From Octopus vulgaris (taxonomy: Eukaryota): a stretch of 64,000 nt of DNA. The translations under genes were made by a program, and so were the position numbers. This document shows, piece by piece, positions 26,646 to 39,649 of the stretch (positions are counted from its first letter, which is position 1; every line of letters begins with the position of its first letter). The DNA lies in the NCBI GenBank assembly GCA_951406725.2, contig OX597817.1, positions 137,454,001-137,518,000 of the forward strand, read 5' to 3'. Below the pieces are notes generated by a model. The model was not told the origin of the DNA, ran no database searches, and saw nothing but the letters and a program-made list of their open reading frames with translations.

Positions 26646-26820
26646 TGTCAAATCGTCGAAGACACTTTCAACATTTTCCTTGTAAAAGTTAATAAATATG
26701 TACTTTACTAGCAAGTAATAAGTAATCTCCAGTTGGGTGCTAAATTGTTGATATATAACTGTAGATAGAAGGAAATATTTACACACACATAGACACACGA
26801 ACTCATATATATATGAGTTC

Positions 26821-27341
26821 ACGCTGGTGAGACCCATATTGGAGTACGGGATTCAAGCCTCTTCTCCTTATCTCCTCAAAGACATACATACATCATCTCG
26901 AGAGAGTCCAGAAGCTGGCTACCCGCATGATTCTTGGTATCAAGCATTTGTCTTATGAAGAAAGGCTGAATACGCTCGACCTCTATTCTCTAGAAAAACG
27001 ACGACGCCGTGGTGATCTCATAAGAATGAGATCACCACGGCAAGTGTAACCTCTCGAAAGAGCTGTTCTTCACTCCTGCTCCAGAGCGTCGGCTGCGGGG
27101 TCACTCCGAAAAGCTCTATCTGCGACGATTTCATCTCAATCGAAGGAGAGGGGCTTTCTCCGTCCGGGTTGCGGATCCGTGGAATAAGCTGCCAGACGAG
27201 ATAGTGAAGATGCCGACGACCACTCGGTTCAAAGTCTCTCTTGACCAGAAATGGCCTGAACTCTTTGCATGAACACCCTCCCTGTACATAACTGCATGTC
27301 CCCCTACATGGCCTTGCTTTTTGCTTTTTGAGCCCAAAAAT

Positions 27342-27346
<5 letters not shown>
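26821..27346 (+). pseudogene. CR1/L2-group LINE 3' end
   Basis: TLVRPILEYG...LERVQKLATRMI.G.KHLSYEERL..LDLYSLEKRRRRGDLI...LRGHSEKL...FSVRVADPWNKLP. Confidence 0.9.
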
Positions 27347-27383
<37 letters not shown>

Positions 27384-27437
27384 TATATAAATAAACACAT
27401 GTACATACCCACATATATATGTATATATACATGAATA

Positions 27438-27835
27438 TATGGTTACAGGACGTCAAAAATATGTGAACAAAATGAAAAACGAGAACATGAAAAAACAAAA
27501 ACATGGAAAACGAACTTTCTTTTCGAACAACGAAAGAAACAAATAGAGAAACGAGACAGACAGCATAAAGAACAATCCCTTCATCAGTTGTCCCTTGTTC
27601 TATAATCCACGTTTCGAAGTTTGGGACAAGATGTGATTACGTTAAAACAGTCCTTCCCGCAAAGCAAATTAAACAAAACTTGGAATTTTTGCGGAGGGTT
27701 AAAGTGGTGACAAAAAGAGGACAGTAAGAACAAAACAGTAAAAACAAACGGCGAGGGCTTTTATGCCAATACGATGTGAAGTGGTGAACGCAGGAGAAAG
27801 GAGCTATGACAAGAGACTGGCAAAAGTAGATCTTA
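27438..27835 (-). mobile_element. probable Penelope-associated non-coding repeat
   Basis: pyrimidine-rich minus strand next to (TA)n with CGAAACG and CTGATGA motifs; organisation like 33520-33690. Confidence 0.45.
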
Positions 27836-27889
27836 TCTCTTGTAAAGCGAGAGGAAAAATACCAAGATGTAATATTTGTCCCCACTTAA

Positions 27890-28378
27890 AAGTGGATGTT
27901 TTATTAGAAAACCGAATACTGCGTTATTTGCCATGAGAAAACCTCTTATACGGATTTATGGTGCATAAAAGCACGTATGTGTATATCGCTGACGAGCGAT
28001 AACCGTCTGCAAAGGCCGCCGGAACTACCAGTTCATGTGATTTCACCCTTCTCTAGCCTTGTCAATGACAATCGTCCCACTAGACATAGTAGTCGGTATC
28101 CCCCTCCAGCAATATATAGAATCTTGGTATCTGTTCAGGCACTGATGTCGCAAGCCGTGAGTGGGTGTAATAAGAAAATAATTGATAGCGGCAGAAGGCC
28201 ATTGACCAGCCTAAGGACTGGCGAAGTCACGTGCTCTGGCAATTCCGGCAACCATGGTGAGCGGTTCTCACCCGGTCAGCGATATAAAGACGAATGCTTA
28301 TATGCACCATGTGTCCATACGAGAGGCTCTTTCATGGTAAATAAACCAGTATATTGTGTTCTTACACAACTTCCACTT
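27890..28378. mobile_element. non-autonomous DNA transposon with about 120-bp TIRs and TTAA flanks (Kolobok-like)
   Basis: TTAA|AAGTGGA...TATCGCTGAC matches the reverse complement of GTCAGCGATATA...TCCACTT|TTAA; TTAA at 27886-27889 and 28379-28382; purine-purine terminus rather than piggyBac CCC. Confidence 0.75.
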
Positions 28379-28922
28379 TTAAATAGGAGATAGATATTAC
28401 TTTATATCTATCTCCACTCGCACAATTATATATGAAGGACCACACATTTTGAACAAGTGGAGTATTATTTAATTCTGCTGATACCAGTAATTAACTCGTG
28501 GTTATTTTATCGACCATAGAAGATTAAAGCACAAAATGAAAGCCCAAGACATTTTGTCAACCACTGTAATGATTCTCCTAATCCACTTCTTTTCCCCCAC
28601 CCCATATGCCCACCCTAACCCTATCACAAATTTGTCCACTGTCGCAACCACCCGGATCATAACCTTAACGACCTCAAGAAATATGAATAATATTTATAAA
28701 AGAATGGCTTGGAGCAAATACTATTAGTCTTAATATGTTGATTATGTAACCAATAATTAACAATATATTAATTAACCTGAATTACCAAGAAATTTCTTTA
28801 AAAAAGAGTTTGGTTATTGTTTCTGTTCAAGAAATAGTTTTTAACACTGAATGGATTATCTTGTTGAGTGGAATAGCATTGACTGACAAACGGTTGCTAT
28901 CAATGTGAGCCTAATTGCATGC

Positions 28923-29016
<94 letters not shown>

Positions 29017-29275
29017 TTAAATATCTAAATATCTATCTATCTATCTATCTACCTGTCTATCTGTCTGTCAATCTATCTATCCATCTATCTATTTATCGAC
29101 TATGGAAGATTAGAGCACGAAATGAATATATATATATAGAGATAGATAGATAGATAGATAGATTGATAGATAGATACAAACATACATACATATGTAAATA
29201 TATGTGTGCATGTATATACATATATACATATTTCATATATACTGTAAATATAAATACTTACATATTTGTGTATAT

Positions 29276-29308
<33 letters not shown>

Positions 29309-29317
29309 GATAGATAT

Positions 29318-29372
<55 letters not shown>

Positions 29373-29382
29373 TAGATATATA

Positions 29383-29415
<33 letters not shown>

Positions 29416-29536
29416 ACATCCATACATACACACATAGAAATACACATTACAAATTGTTGATTGAAGCTGAGTTTTTAATATTCCCCCTCTCTCTCTCCCC
29501 TCCCTCTCTCTCCCCGTCTCTTTATCTCTCTCACTC

Positions 29537-29586
<50 letters not shown>

Positions 29587-30496
29587 CTGAACCATAGTGT
29601 TAATATCAATGACGGTAATGGGAGTTGGCGTGTTATGTACCTACCACTTGTGATCATAAATATTTTATTTCCTTCACTTCTAAATTTAGGAAGAGAAAGC
29701 TTGGTACATGTTCCGAATGTGGCCATCAAAAGTCAGTGAAGTCAAAATCAAATATCGAGCGTTATATCTAAATCGAAGGGTCAAATAATTACCTACATTA
29801 ATAATTCTAGGTATTAAGTTGTTAAATATTGATCAATATACAATGTCTCATATTTGATTCAAATATTGTTTTGGTGATGTTTTATATAAACAGCATTCAG
29901 TTTAGTATTGAATTATGTTGAAGAGGAAGGGCAGACTGTCTAATACAATGATGGCTACAATATGGAGGAGAAATGGGGAAAGACAGCAGGAGAATGAGTG
30001 AAAAAAATGAGTGAGACGATAAAAAGTTGATACAGGGTGAAAATAAACAAAACAACAAAGCTATAACCAACGTGAGAAAATCTGGCAGACGACGTGTTTG
30101 TAGAAAAGAGAATATCGAGAAAATAGGAGCATCGCAGCACAAAACTCACACACACACATACGGGCGCATACATATACGCACATACGCACAAACACATGAA
30201 CACACATGAACACATACATATATACACACACTGATATAAAATAGAGTAAAAAATCGTCATTCAAACATTTATCAAGTCACTAGAAAACGCGATAGAGAAA
30301 ACCGGAAGTCCCACCATTATATTTCAGTAAAAGTTCCCAGCCAAACGATTTGTCCTCACACAATACTATAAGGAGAACAAAAACAACCAACAAACGAATG
30401 CAAAAATAACCACCAACAAATATAAAATACAGAGAGCAATAATACAAAACGGTTACCGCAAAATAAAAAGAATTTAAAGCCTCTATACATACACAT

Positions 30497-30556
<60 letters not shown>

Positions 30557-30559
<3 letters not shown>

Positions 30560-30946
30560 TGTCGTGGCACTCTGTCGGTTACGACAACGAGGGTTGCAGT
30601 TGATCTAATCAACAGAACAGCCTGCTTGTGAAATTAACATGCAAGTGGCTGAGCACTCCACAGACATGTGTACCCTTAACGTAGTTCTCGGGGAGATTCA
30701 GCGTGACACAGAGTGTTAGAAGGCTAGCCCCATTGAAGTACAGGTACAACAGAAACATGAAGAAAGAGTGAGAGAAAGCTGTGGTGAAAGAATGCAGCAG
30801 GGTTCGCAATCACCCCCTGCCAGAGCTTCGTGGAGCTTTAGGTGTTTTCGCTTAATAAACACTCATAACGGCCGATCTGGGAATCGAAACCGTGATCCTA
30901 CGACGACGAGTCCGCTGCCCTAACCACTGGGTCATTGCGCCTCCAC
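30557..30946 (-). mobile_element. tRNA-derived SINE family D, tail type 1
   Basis: head GGAGGCGCAATGACCCAGTGGTTAGGGCAGCG...GGTTTCGATTCCC shared with 50113-50300. Confidence 0.85.
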
Positions 30947-30966
30947 TATATATATATATATATATA

Positions 30967-31048
<82 letters not shown>

Positions 31049-31209
31049 GTGTTTAGAGAGAGAAAGAGAGAGAAAAAGTGACGGAGAGAACGAGAGAGAG
31101 CGGTAACAGTGTTTGTTGACTCCCTTTCATTTATAGACATCTATTTTATCGATTTATTGGGAAGGAAGATGAATAAATATAAAAATCATAATCAAATGAT
31201 GATGATGAT

Positions 31210-31275
<66 letters not shown>

Positions 31276-31403
31276 TCGGCTCCTTTCCCAATGAAAGTCA
31301 CTTATATTCTTTAAAGTATGATTATAAAAACCTGCTGAAATCTGGTTGTTTCTATCATCTCATATAGAGACAGAAGCAATTATTTAAATATGTGGTGCTA
31401 TAA

Positions 31404-31437
<34 letters not shown>

Positions 31438-31610
31438 CGAAGATGACGATGATGGTGGTGGTGGTGGTGGTGGTGATTGCTTTTGTTGGTCGCAAGGGCC
31501 TAATATATTGAGGACACTATAAAAAAAGACAAAGAAGAAGAATGAATGAAAGCTGCTATTTCTTCTTCTTCTTCTTCTTCTTCTTCTTCTTCTTCTTCTT
31601 CTTCTTCTAA

Positions 31611-31973
31611 TTATTACTTCCGCTAAGACGGAGGTATTGCTTTCAGTAGTGTTTGTTTGCCCGTGGACAAGATATTTCAAGAACCGCTGGATGGATTCGG
31701 ATGAAACTTTCAGGGATGTTTGGCCTCATGATTGCCACGATTTGATTAGATTTTGGGATTGAACCGGTATCAGAATTTTGGATTATTTTTCCTGTGTATT
31801 TTTTTTCTTCATTTAATTTTTGAGAGCGGTCAGGTTCATTTTTAGTATTCTCATTTTTGAGAGCAGTCACATTTATTTCAGAAATTCTCATTTTAAAATT
31901 CATCTCTAGCTGATCGTTGAGAGGTCTTTGGTGTTACCTTGGCGGCGGTTTGCGCTCTCTGAGTGCTCTTGTT
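31611..31973 (+). mobile_element. Helentron-associated non-autonomous element (HINE/DINE-1-like)
   Basis: 5' subTIR CTTCCGCTAAG with nearby inverted CGGAGG, short (GTTT) repeat, 3' subTIR CTTGGCGGCGG, terminal hairpin GCGCTC-tct-GAGTGC, TT flanks. Confidence 0.75.
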
Positions 31974-31980
31974 AATATTA

Positions 31981-32035
<55 letters not shown>

Positions 32036-32036
32036 A

Positions 32037-32205
32037 ACTGGTAGAATCGTTAACACACCGTACAGAATGCTTGGCAGCTTTTCTTCCGGCTTTGTTATGA
32101 GTTCAAATTACACTGAAGTCAGCTTCACCTTTCATTCTTACGGCATTGATAGAATAAGTAGTACCAGTTAAACACTGAGGGCGATGGAATCAACTTATCC
32201 CCGGC
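32037..32205 (+). mobile_element. SINE family B, diverged
   Basis: similarity to 16866-17030. Confidence 0.75.
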
Positions 32206-32331
32206 ACCGACATTAGTAGTAGTAGTAGTGGTGGTGGTGGTGGTGGTGATGGTAGTGGAGGTGGTGGTAGTGGTAGTAATAAAAGTAGCTGTGCTGGTGT
32301 TGGTGGTGGTGGTGGTGGTAGTAGTAGTGTG

Positions 32332-32374
<43 letters not shown>

Positions 32375-32434
32375 GGGGTAGTAGTGGTGGTGGTAGTAGT
32401 AGTCGTAGTAATAGTAGTAGTAGTAGAGGTGGTG

Positions 32435-32484
<50 letters not shown>

Positions 32485-32509
32485 GGTGGTGGTAGTAGTA
32501 GTAGTAGTC

Positions 32510-32541
<32 letters not shown>

Positions 32542-32952
32542 TCTAAATGATGCGAACGATATCAAAAGAGCTTTAGATTAAATCAAGACTATAGAAGAAT
32601 GTAAAGATTGACAGACGAAACGATAAAAGATGAGAAGGGGAGGAAAGGGAAGAGGAAATAAAGAGAAAAAGAGTGAGGGTGAATGAGAGGGAGAAGGAGG
32701 GAGGAGGGAGTGAGAGAAAGCAGGGGAAGGGTAGGAGTTTGAAAGTAGAAAATATAAAGATTTTATATCAAAGATGTTTCGGCTAAAGGTTACAATGTTT
32801 AAGAAAGTATATTTATTCCGTGTTAAAGGGTGTAGAACTGTTTCATCTTAGGGCCTTTTAACACCTTTTTAACATGTGTGTGTGTAGGCGTGTGTGTATA
32901 TGTGTGTGTGGGTGCGTATTTGTGTATCCAAATACACACACATGCATACATG

Positions 32953-32999
<47 letters not shown>

Positions 33000-33009
33000 T
33001 TTTATGATT

Positions 33010-33418
33010 TTATTCTTTCACTTGTTTCAGTCATTTGACTGCGGTCATACTGGAGCATCGCCTTTAGTCGAACAAATCGACCTCCAGGACTTATTCTTTG
33101 TAAGCCTAGTACTTATTCTATTGGTTCTCTTTTGCCTAACAGCGAAGTTACGGAGACGTAAGCACACCAACATCGGCTGTCAAGCGATGGTGGTGGGGGA
33201 AACAAACACAGACACACAAACATATACACACACATATATATATATGTATATATACGACGGGCTTCTTTTCAGTTTCCGTCGCCCAAATCTACTCACAAGT
33301 CTTTGGTCGGCCCGAAGCTCAAGTAGAAGACACTTGCCCAAGGGGCCACACGGTGGGATTGAATTTGGAACCGTTTGTTTGGGAAGCAAGCTTCTTACCA
33401 CAAAGCCACGCCTGCGCC

Positions 33419-33420
<2 letters not shown>
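33010..33420 (-). mobile_element. SINE family A, full length
   Basis: both modules present, with GGCGCAGGCGTGGCT start. Confidence 0.9.
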
Positions 33421-33475
<55 letters not shown>

Positions 33476-33613
33476 GTATATACACACACACAAACACACA
33501 CACACACACACACATAGTTAATCCAAACAGGAACAAAGAGAAAACACAGCAACGCGAGGATGTGGAACAAGTATAGTGTTATTGGACGCTCAGGAAATGA
33601 AAGAAAGAACGAG

Positions 33614-33649
33614 GAATTCACGTTTCGAGCGGAGCTCTTCGTCAGAAAC
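33614..33649 (-). ncRNA. minimal hammerhead motif in a Penelope-type pLTR (about 33520-33690)
   Basis: minus strand GTTT-CTGACGA-A-GAGC-tcc-GCTC-GAAAC-GTG; canonical core, cleavage triplet and stem I 3' strand degenerate. Confidence 0.7.
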
Positions 33650-34044
33650 ATAGGAAAAGGAAAGGTCCAAGGAAGGAAGACAGAGAATCTCTTCTTTTTT
33701 TTTTATCCATTCAGGATATCCTCCAGTCGTTACCCATCATTCCTGTCTGTTTGACCGAAAGACTGTATTTATTCCATCTTCGTCAATCGTTTCAAATTAC
33801 ATTTGTTTACTTTTCTACGTCCACTCTGTATTGTTTTGTTTACTCGTGCCCTAATTCTCCGCAAATTGTGCGGGCGCCGCCGATATGCGAAGTTCTCAGT
33901 CTCTATCGTCAAAGGCATGAAACTGTGTATTAGTATTTCGATCGATAACTGATGAATAATTAGGCTCCTTCTATGTCTGTACTACGTGTACGTTTTTTAG
34001 TATTTAATGCATTTTTTCATTTATTACACGCACACACACAAACA

Positions 34045-34082
<38 letters not shown>

Positions 34083-34480
34083 CACATACACATACACAAC
34101 ATTGAGCAATAGAGGTACACCAAATACCATAAAATATTTGATTTATGCAAATCATCTCCGCCTCAAGAGGGGGTATCAAAATTACCTAATGTCAATTAAG
34201 ACCAGCTCCACTTGATTCAAGAATACTCTAAAATTTATGAGTCATTAAGAAAAAGGACAGGTTTATTTTCAGCAGATAAGATGACATTCGGGAGCACGTG
34301 TTTCTGGCGCAATAGTCAGCACGACAATTTTCCCAACGTACCTCTAGAAACCAAAAGGCATAGACTGAAACGAAAGGTGCAGAAGAAGTGATATAAGTGA
34401 AATACCTCGATGCGACCAGTGATCAGTGACATGAACAATATAGACGAGTGCATGTGTGTGTATAAATGACTATGTATATG

Positions 34481-34604
<124 letters not shown>

Positions 34605-34657
34605 CATACATATATCATAGTGTATTATATATATATATACATGAATGTATGTCTGTG

Positions 34658-34704
<47 letters not shown>

Positions 34705-34794
34705 TGTGTGTGAATGTGAGTGTATTTATATTACAATAAAAATTTTTTACATTGAACCGAAGGATTACTCATGGCGTTTGCTAAAATACAAATT

Positions 34795-34935
34795 TATCAT
34801 TCTCTAAGAAGAGTAGTAATGTCAATGACTTCGAAATTTCGGCCAACTAAACCATCATAGGACAGTCCAATGATAGACCAGCAGACCGAAACTTTGAAGT
34901 CACTATCGATACTTTTTTTGTTAGAAAACATTGAA
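34795..34935. mobile_element. degenerate fold-back element with truncated hammerhead motifs
   Basis: TGACTTCGAAATTTCGG...CCGAAACTTTGAAGTCA inverted arms (34826-34902). Confidence 0.55.
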
Positions 34936-35444
34936 TATATAAAAGTATACATATATCTATATCTATACCTATATATATCTATATCTATATATACAAGTAT
35001 GTATGTATGTATGTATGGATGTATGTGTATATATATATATATACGCACGCACGCACACAGACACACACACACATACACACACATATATAATATGATATTG
35101 ATACGTGTTGTCATGGAAACAAGTGAATCTATAACTCTTTCTCAACAAGTGCGTGTAATTCCTGCGCAGGTATGTCGTAGGAATCCTCTACAAACCAAGA
35201 CATCTAAACAAACAAACAAACGAAGGAACTAATAAATAAATAAAATAACATATCTTGAAGTGATATCAAAAGGAAATGATGGTGGATTCAGAATGAGAGG
35301 ATGATATCAAAGAGCATTCCTCTTCATTGGAAACGCCTTCACACTTGAATGATTCGCAAATTTCCACTCGCATCGCATCTGATAATTTCATTTCACTCTT
35401 AAGTTGTTCAGAATCCAACAACATAGAACACTGAGCTGCTATTA

Positions 35445-35513
<69 letters not shown>

Positions 35514-35835
35514 GTGTTCTTGTTGTAACGGTCTGATGATAATGATGGTTATGAGGAGGGTGATGCAAGTCAGGCTGATGATGTTTATGATGGTGATGGT
35601 GATGACAATGATGATGATGAGGATTATTATCATTCTTACGGTGATTTTTGCTGACGATGGCTAAGATGATAATGATGGCAGTGATGGTGGTGATGATGGT
35701 AACGATGATGGAGATGATGATGGTGGTGGCGATGGTGGTTTGCAGTGATGACTAGGACAAGGATGGTTATGTAGATATTTGTGATGATGTGGAAAGGGGG
35801 ATAGTTATTGCGATGACGATGGTTATGATGATGAT

Positions 35836-35866
<31 letters not shown>

Positions 35867-36220
35867 GTTAGGGTGATGGTGATGATGATGGCTATGACGA
35901 TGCTGATGATATTGATGCTGTTTGTCATGGTGATAGCAATAATCGTTACATTTATTCTTTATCTTTGGAGTTTTTTTTTTTTTTGTTCTCAGATCCTCCG
36001 AAGGAATTGTGATAACGGAATTGTTTGGTTTAAAGCCAACAGTTGTGGTGATTCACAGTTTCTTTGAGAATGTCTTTGAAATGTAAGGAACGCAGTGCCA
36101 ACCCCACCTTATATCATTTCAAAACTCTTACACACGTAGCACTCTTTATCCATTTGGCAATACTGGATCTCTTAGGCCTTTTTCTCTTTGGGTAAACAAA
36201 CAAACAACAATAAAAATTAA

Positions 36221-36283
<63 letters not shown>

Positions 36284-36287
<4 letters not shown>

Positions 36288-36843
36288 GCCCTGATGCAGT
36301 ACCAGGCAGTGGCTCTCATGGCTTCTGATCTTAACTGATTGGAAATGTTATCATGTACATTGTATTGTCTTGGTATGTAAGATGGGCTACAGCAAATATT
36401 CTGCTCAATACCACAGAACTGCTTGTCAGTTGTTCGACCTAAACCAGTTGAGCATGTCCCTTGGTGGCTGACGATATGTGCATCTCTGATCACGAGCAGA
36501 AGTAGTGGCGGGGCATCATAGCTATGTGTTGAGAGGGATTCTTTGGGGTGTGAATAATTCACCTTTGGAAACATAGGTGTTTCGTTCAACATCCTTAAAC
36601 AACCCTTATTCAGGGACCTTTTGATCGGGATGGGCAACTCGACCAGAAGAAAATTCTAATTTGGCCCTACCTGAAAGGTCATGCGCTGTTTATCTTGATA
36701 TGAGATCACCATGTCGCGCACATATGGTTGTGATGCATGTACCTGGTGTACCCTTATCAGACGGGTAGTCATGATGGGTATACTGAGTTTCATATATATT
36801 TTACCCCAGTGTCACTTTGATGGCATGCGTTGCTCTCTCACCC
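36284..36843 (+). mobile_element. (TAA)n-embedded repeat family C, longer copy
   Basis: inverted homologue of 8721-9204 plus about 70 extra bp; (TAA)n on both sides. Confidence 0.85.
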
Positions 36844-36902
<59 letters not shown>

Positions 36903-36903
<1 letters not shown>

Positions 36904-37295
36904 CCTTTCTACTATAGGCACAAGCCTGAAATTTGGAGGGAGTGGGGCTTGTCGATTACACGAACCCCAAAAGGATAAAATACAAACTCTACCTCGATGG
37001 AATTTGAAATCAGAAAATAAAGACGGACCAAATGCCGCAAAGCATTTTGACCGGGATGCTAACGTTTCTGCAACAACAACAACAATAACGATAATGGCTT
37101 GAAATTTTGCCACAAGGGCAGCCATTTTGGAGGAGGGGATGAGTCGATTACATCGACCCCAGCGTTTGACTGGTACTTAATTTATCGACTCTGAAAATAT
37201 GAAAGGCAAAATGGACCTCGGTGCAATTTGAAGTCAGAACATGAAGACAGACGAAATACCGCTAAACATTTTGTCTAGAGTGCTAACGATTCTAC
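36903..37295 (-). mobile_element. two SINE family B copies
   Basis: reverse complement similarity to family B. Confidence 0.8.
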
Positions 37296-37299
37296 CACC

Positions 37300-37331
<32 letters not shown>

Positions 37332-37356
37332 CAACAACAATAATAATAATAATAAC

Positions 37357-37389
<33 letters not shown>

Positions 37390-37424
37390 CACGGAAGATG
37401 TGGTGATGGAAAAAAAAAAAGAAC

Positions 37425-38050
37425 CTATAATTTCGTTGCTGGGTGCCCAATCTTGGCCAGGAAAGAATATATTCATAGACATGTTAGAGTTGAGATTACA
37501 TAGATGGGAATTTGTACCAGAAAAGAGATGGTATGGCACATCCCAGAAAAGGTCTCAGAAATGACAAAACAATCATATTCTGAGATATGCTATTACACAC
37601 AGAACAAACATGGGGATTATGGCTAATTGGCTAGATATTGTTGTCAAGAACGATCAAGAAAAAATCGCGCCCACTAATCAGCATGTCAGTGCCAACAGAA
37701 GACAATGTATCTCTAAAAGAAATGGAGAAACTGTGAAACTACAAAGAACTGGAAATAGAGATAATCCGAATGAGAAACCTGAACACGGACACAATCCTTA
37801 TAATAAAAGGAACTTTAGATATGGTCAGAAAACACACAAGGCAAGGACTTATAAATGTATAAAACAGAGAGAATATGGCACTGTGAGACACTGCATATGT
37901 TTAACGTAGAGCACTCTGTGTACAGTAAAAATAACAACTCCAAAACAAAAACAAACCACAGCATATGACAAAAAAATAAGGGCTAAAAATGCTGCGCTGG
38001 GTAGAGCAGTGAAAGCATAGAGTAAAAATAAAAAAAAACTATTGAACAAT
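37425..38050 (+). pseudogene. R4/Dong-type retrotransposon 3' remnant (zinc-knuckle end, RLE, 3' UTR)
   Basis: across frameshifts: FVAGCPILARKEYIHRHVRV...TIIF*DM...ANWLDIVVK...SVPTEDNVSLKEMEKL*NYKELEIEI. Confidence 0.8.
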
Positions 38051-38194
38051 AATGATGATAGGGATGATGATAATGATGATGAGGAGGAGGAGGAGAATAC
38101 GGTAAGATTTACATTAACTACCAACACATTCTTTTCCTTACTACTACTACTACTACTACTACTACTATCACCACCACCACCGCTGCTGCTGTTG

Positions 38195-38255
<61 letters not shown>

Positions 38256-38272
38256 CGCTGCTGCTGTTGCTG

Positions 38273-38312
<40 letters not shown>

Positions 38313-38389
38313 ACCACCACCACCACCGCTGCTGCTGTTGCTACTACTACTACTACTACTAAGGGGCAAACTATTGACCAGTGTATGCG

Positions 38390-38603
38390 TGTGTATGTTT
38401 GTCGGTGTTTGTCCCCCCAACATCGCCTGACAACCGATGCTGGTGTGTTTACGTTCCCGTAACTTAGCAGTTCGGCAAAAGAGACTGATAGAATAAGTAG
38501 TAGGCTTACAAAGAATAAGTCCTGGTGGTCGATTTGCTCGACTAAAAGGCGGTGCTCCAGCATGGCCGCAGTCAAATGACTGAAACAAGTAAGAGAGTAA
38601 AAG
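38390..38603 (+). mobile_element. SINE family A 3' module
   Basis: similarity to 290-480. Confidence 0.88.
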
Positions 38604-39227
38604 AGCCATGTCAATATGGCTGCCTTAACACTGATCAGTGTTGGCTGTTTGTTAAGTCATTTTTTGTAAACTGTAAATGGATCCTGCATCACCTCCAATG
38701 CCTAACCTTAATCTTATGGCGTAGGGTGGATAAAGTATTTACCTACAACGCTAGTTTATTGCACGAAACATTCCGAGATAATCCGGTATCTACTTCTGAC
38801 AGCCATGTCAAGTGAGGCATGCGGAGATAAGATCTATGCGATGCTTTTTCGATATTCTATCTTCTGGGTTATTTCGCTTCTAGAATCTATTAGGCACAAC
38901 GAAGAGATTGTATTACAAGGTCACAGACTCCAGTCACAAGGTCACAGAATCCCGTGACAAGGTCACAAACTACAAGATCATCAAACCAATACATAAAAAG
39001 CACGGTGTCGAGAGAAGAAACAACGGAGGTGGTGGTGGTGGTGGTGGGGACTGGCAATTGCTAGGGGAGATCAGAGTTTCTTAATCATTTCCGATCATCA
39101 TTGACAGAACATCAAAGATGGAGCATGCGCGTAATGAAGGATCTGTGGAAATTATGAAGAAAGCATCAACCACGTTGTCTTTGGAAGCCTAAAACCAGAA
39201 TCTTCAAGCAGACATGACAATGATGTA

Positions 39228-39645
39228 CCTATTTCTTTACTACCCACAAGGGGCTAAACACAGAGAGGACAAACAAGGACAGACAAACGGATTAAGTCGA
39301 TTATATCGACTCCAGTGCGTAACTGGTACTTATTTAATCGACCCCGAAAGGATGAAAGGCAAAGTCAACCTCGGCGGAATTTGAACTCAGAATGTAGCGG
39401 CAGACGAAATACCTATTTCTTTACTACCCACAAGGGGCTAAACACAGAGAGGACAAACAAGGACAGACAAACGGATTAAGTCGATTATATCGACTCCAGT
39501 GCGTAACTGGTACTTATTTAATCGACCCCGAAAGGATGAAAGGCAAAGTCAACCTCGGCGGAATTTGAACTCAGAATGTAGCGGCAGACGAAATACCGCT
39601 AAGCATTTCGCCCGATGTGCTAACGATTCTGCCAGCTCGCCGCCG
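39228..39645 (-). mobile_element. SINE family B with a near-exact tandem duplication of about 185 bp
   Basis: CCTATTTCTTTACTACCCACAAGGGG...GACGAAATA occurs twice back to back. Confidence 0.9.
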
Positions 39646-39649
39646 AAAT

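Noticed and set aside
27977-28393. 138-aa ORF as a transposase
   Set aside because: Inside a 490-bp MITE, runs through the TIR, no catalytic motifs.
32210-32545. Mucin-like poly-Thr CDS
   Set aside because: Pure (GTA)/(GTG) array adjoining a SINE, without splice or start context.
33940-33990. CTGATGA as a hammerhead core
   Set aside because: No stem II or GAAA follows.
36146-36637. 163-aa ORF
   Set aside because: Lies in family C plus (TAA)n and shows no recognisable domain.
38915-38980. Mini CRISPR-like repeat-spacer pattern
   Set aside because: Repeat is only 10 bp and the intervening bases are related to each other; it is a tandem repeat.
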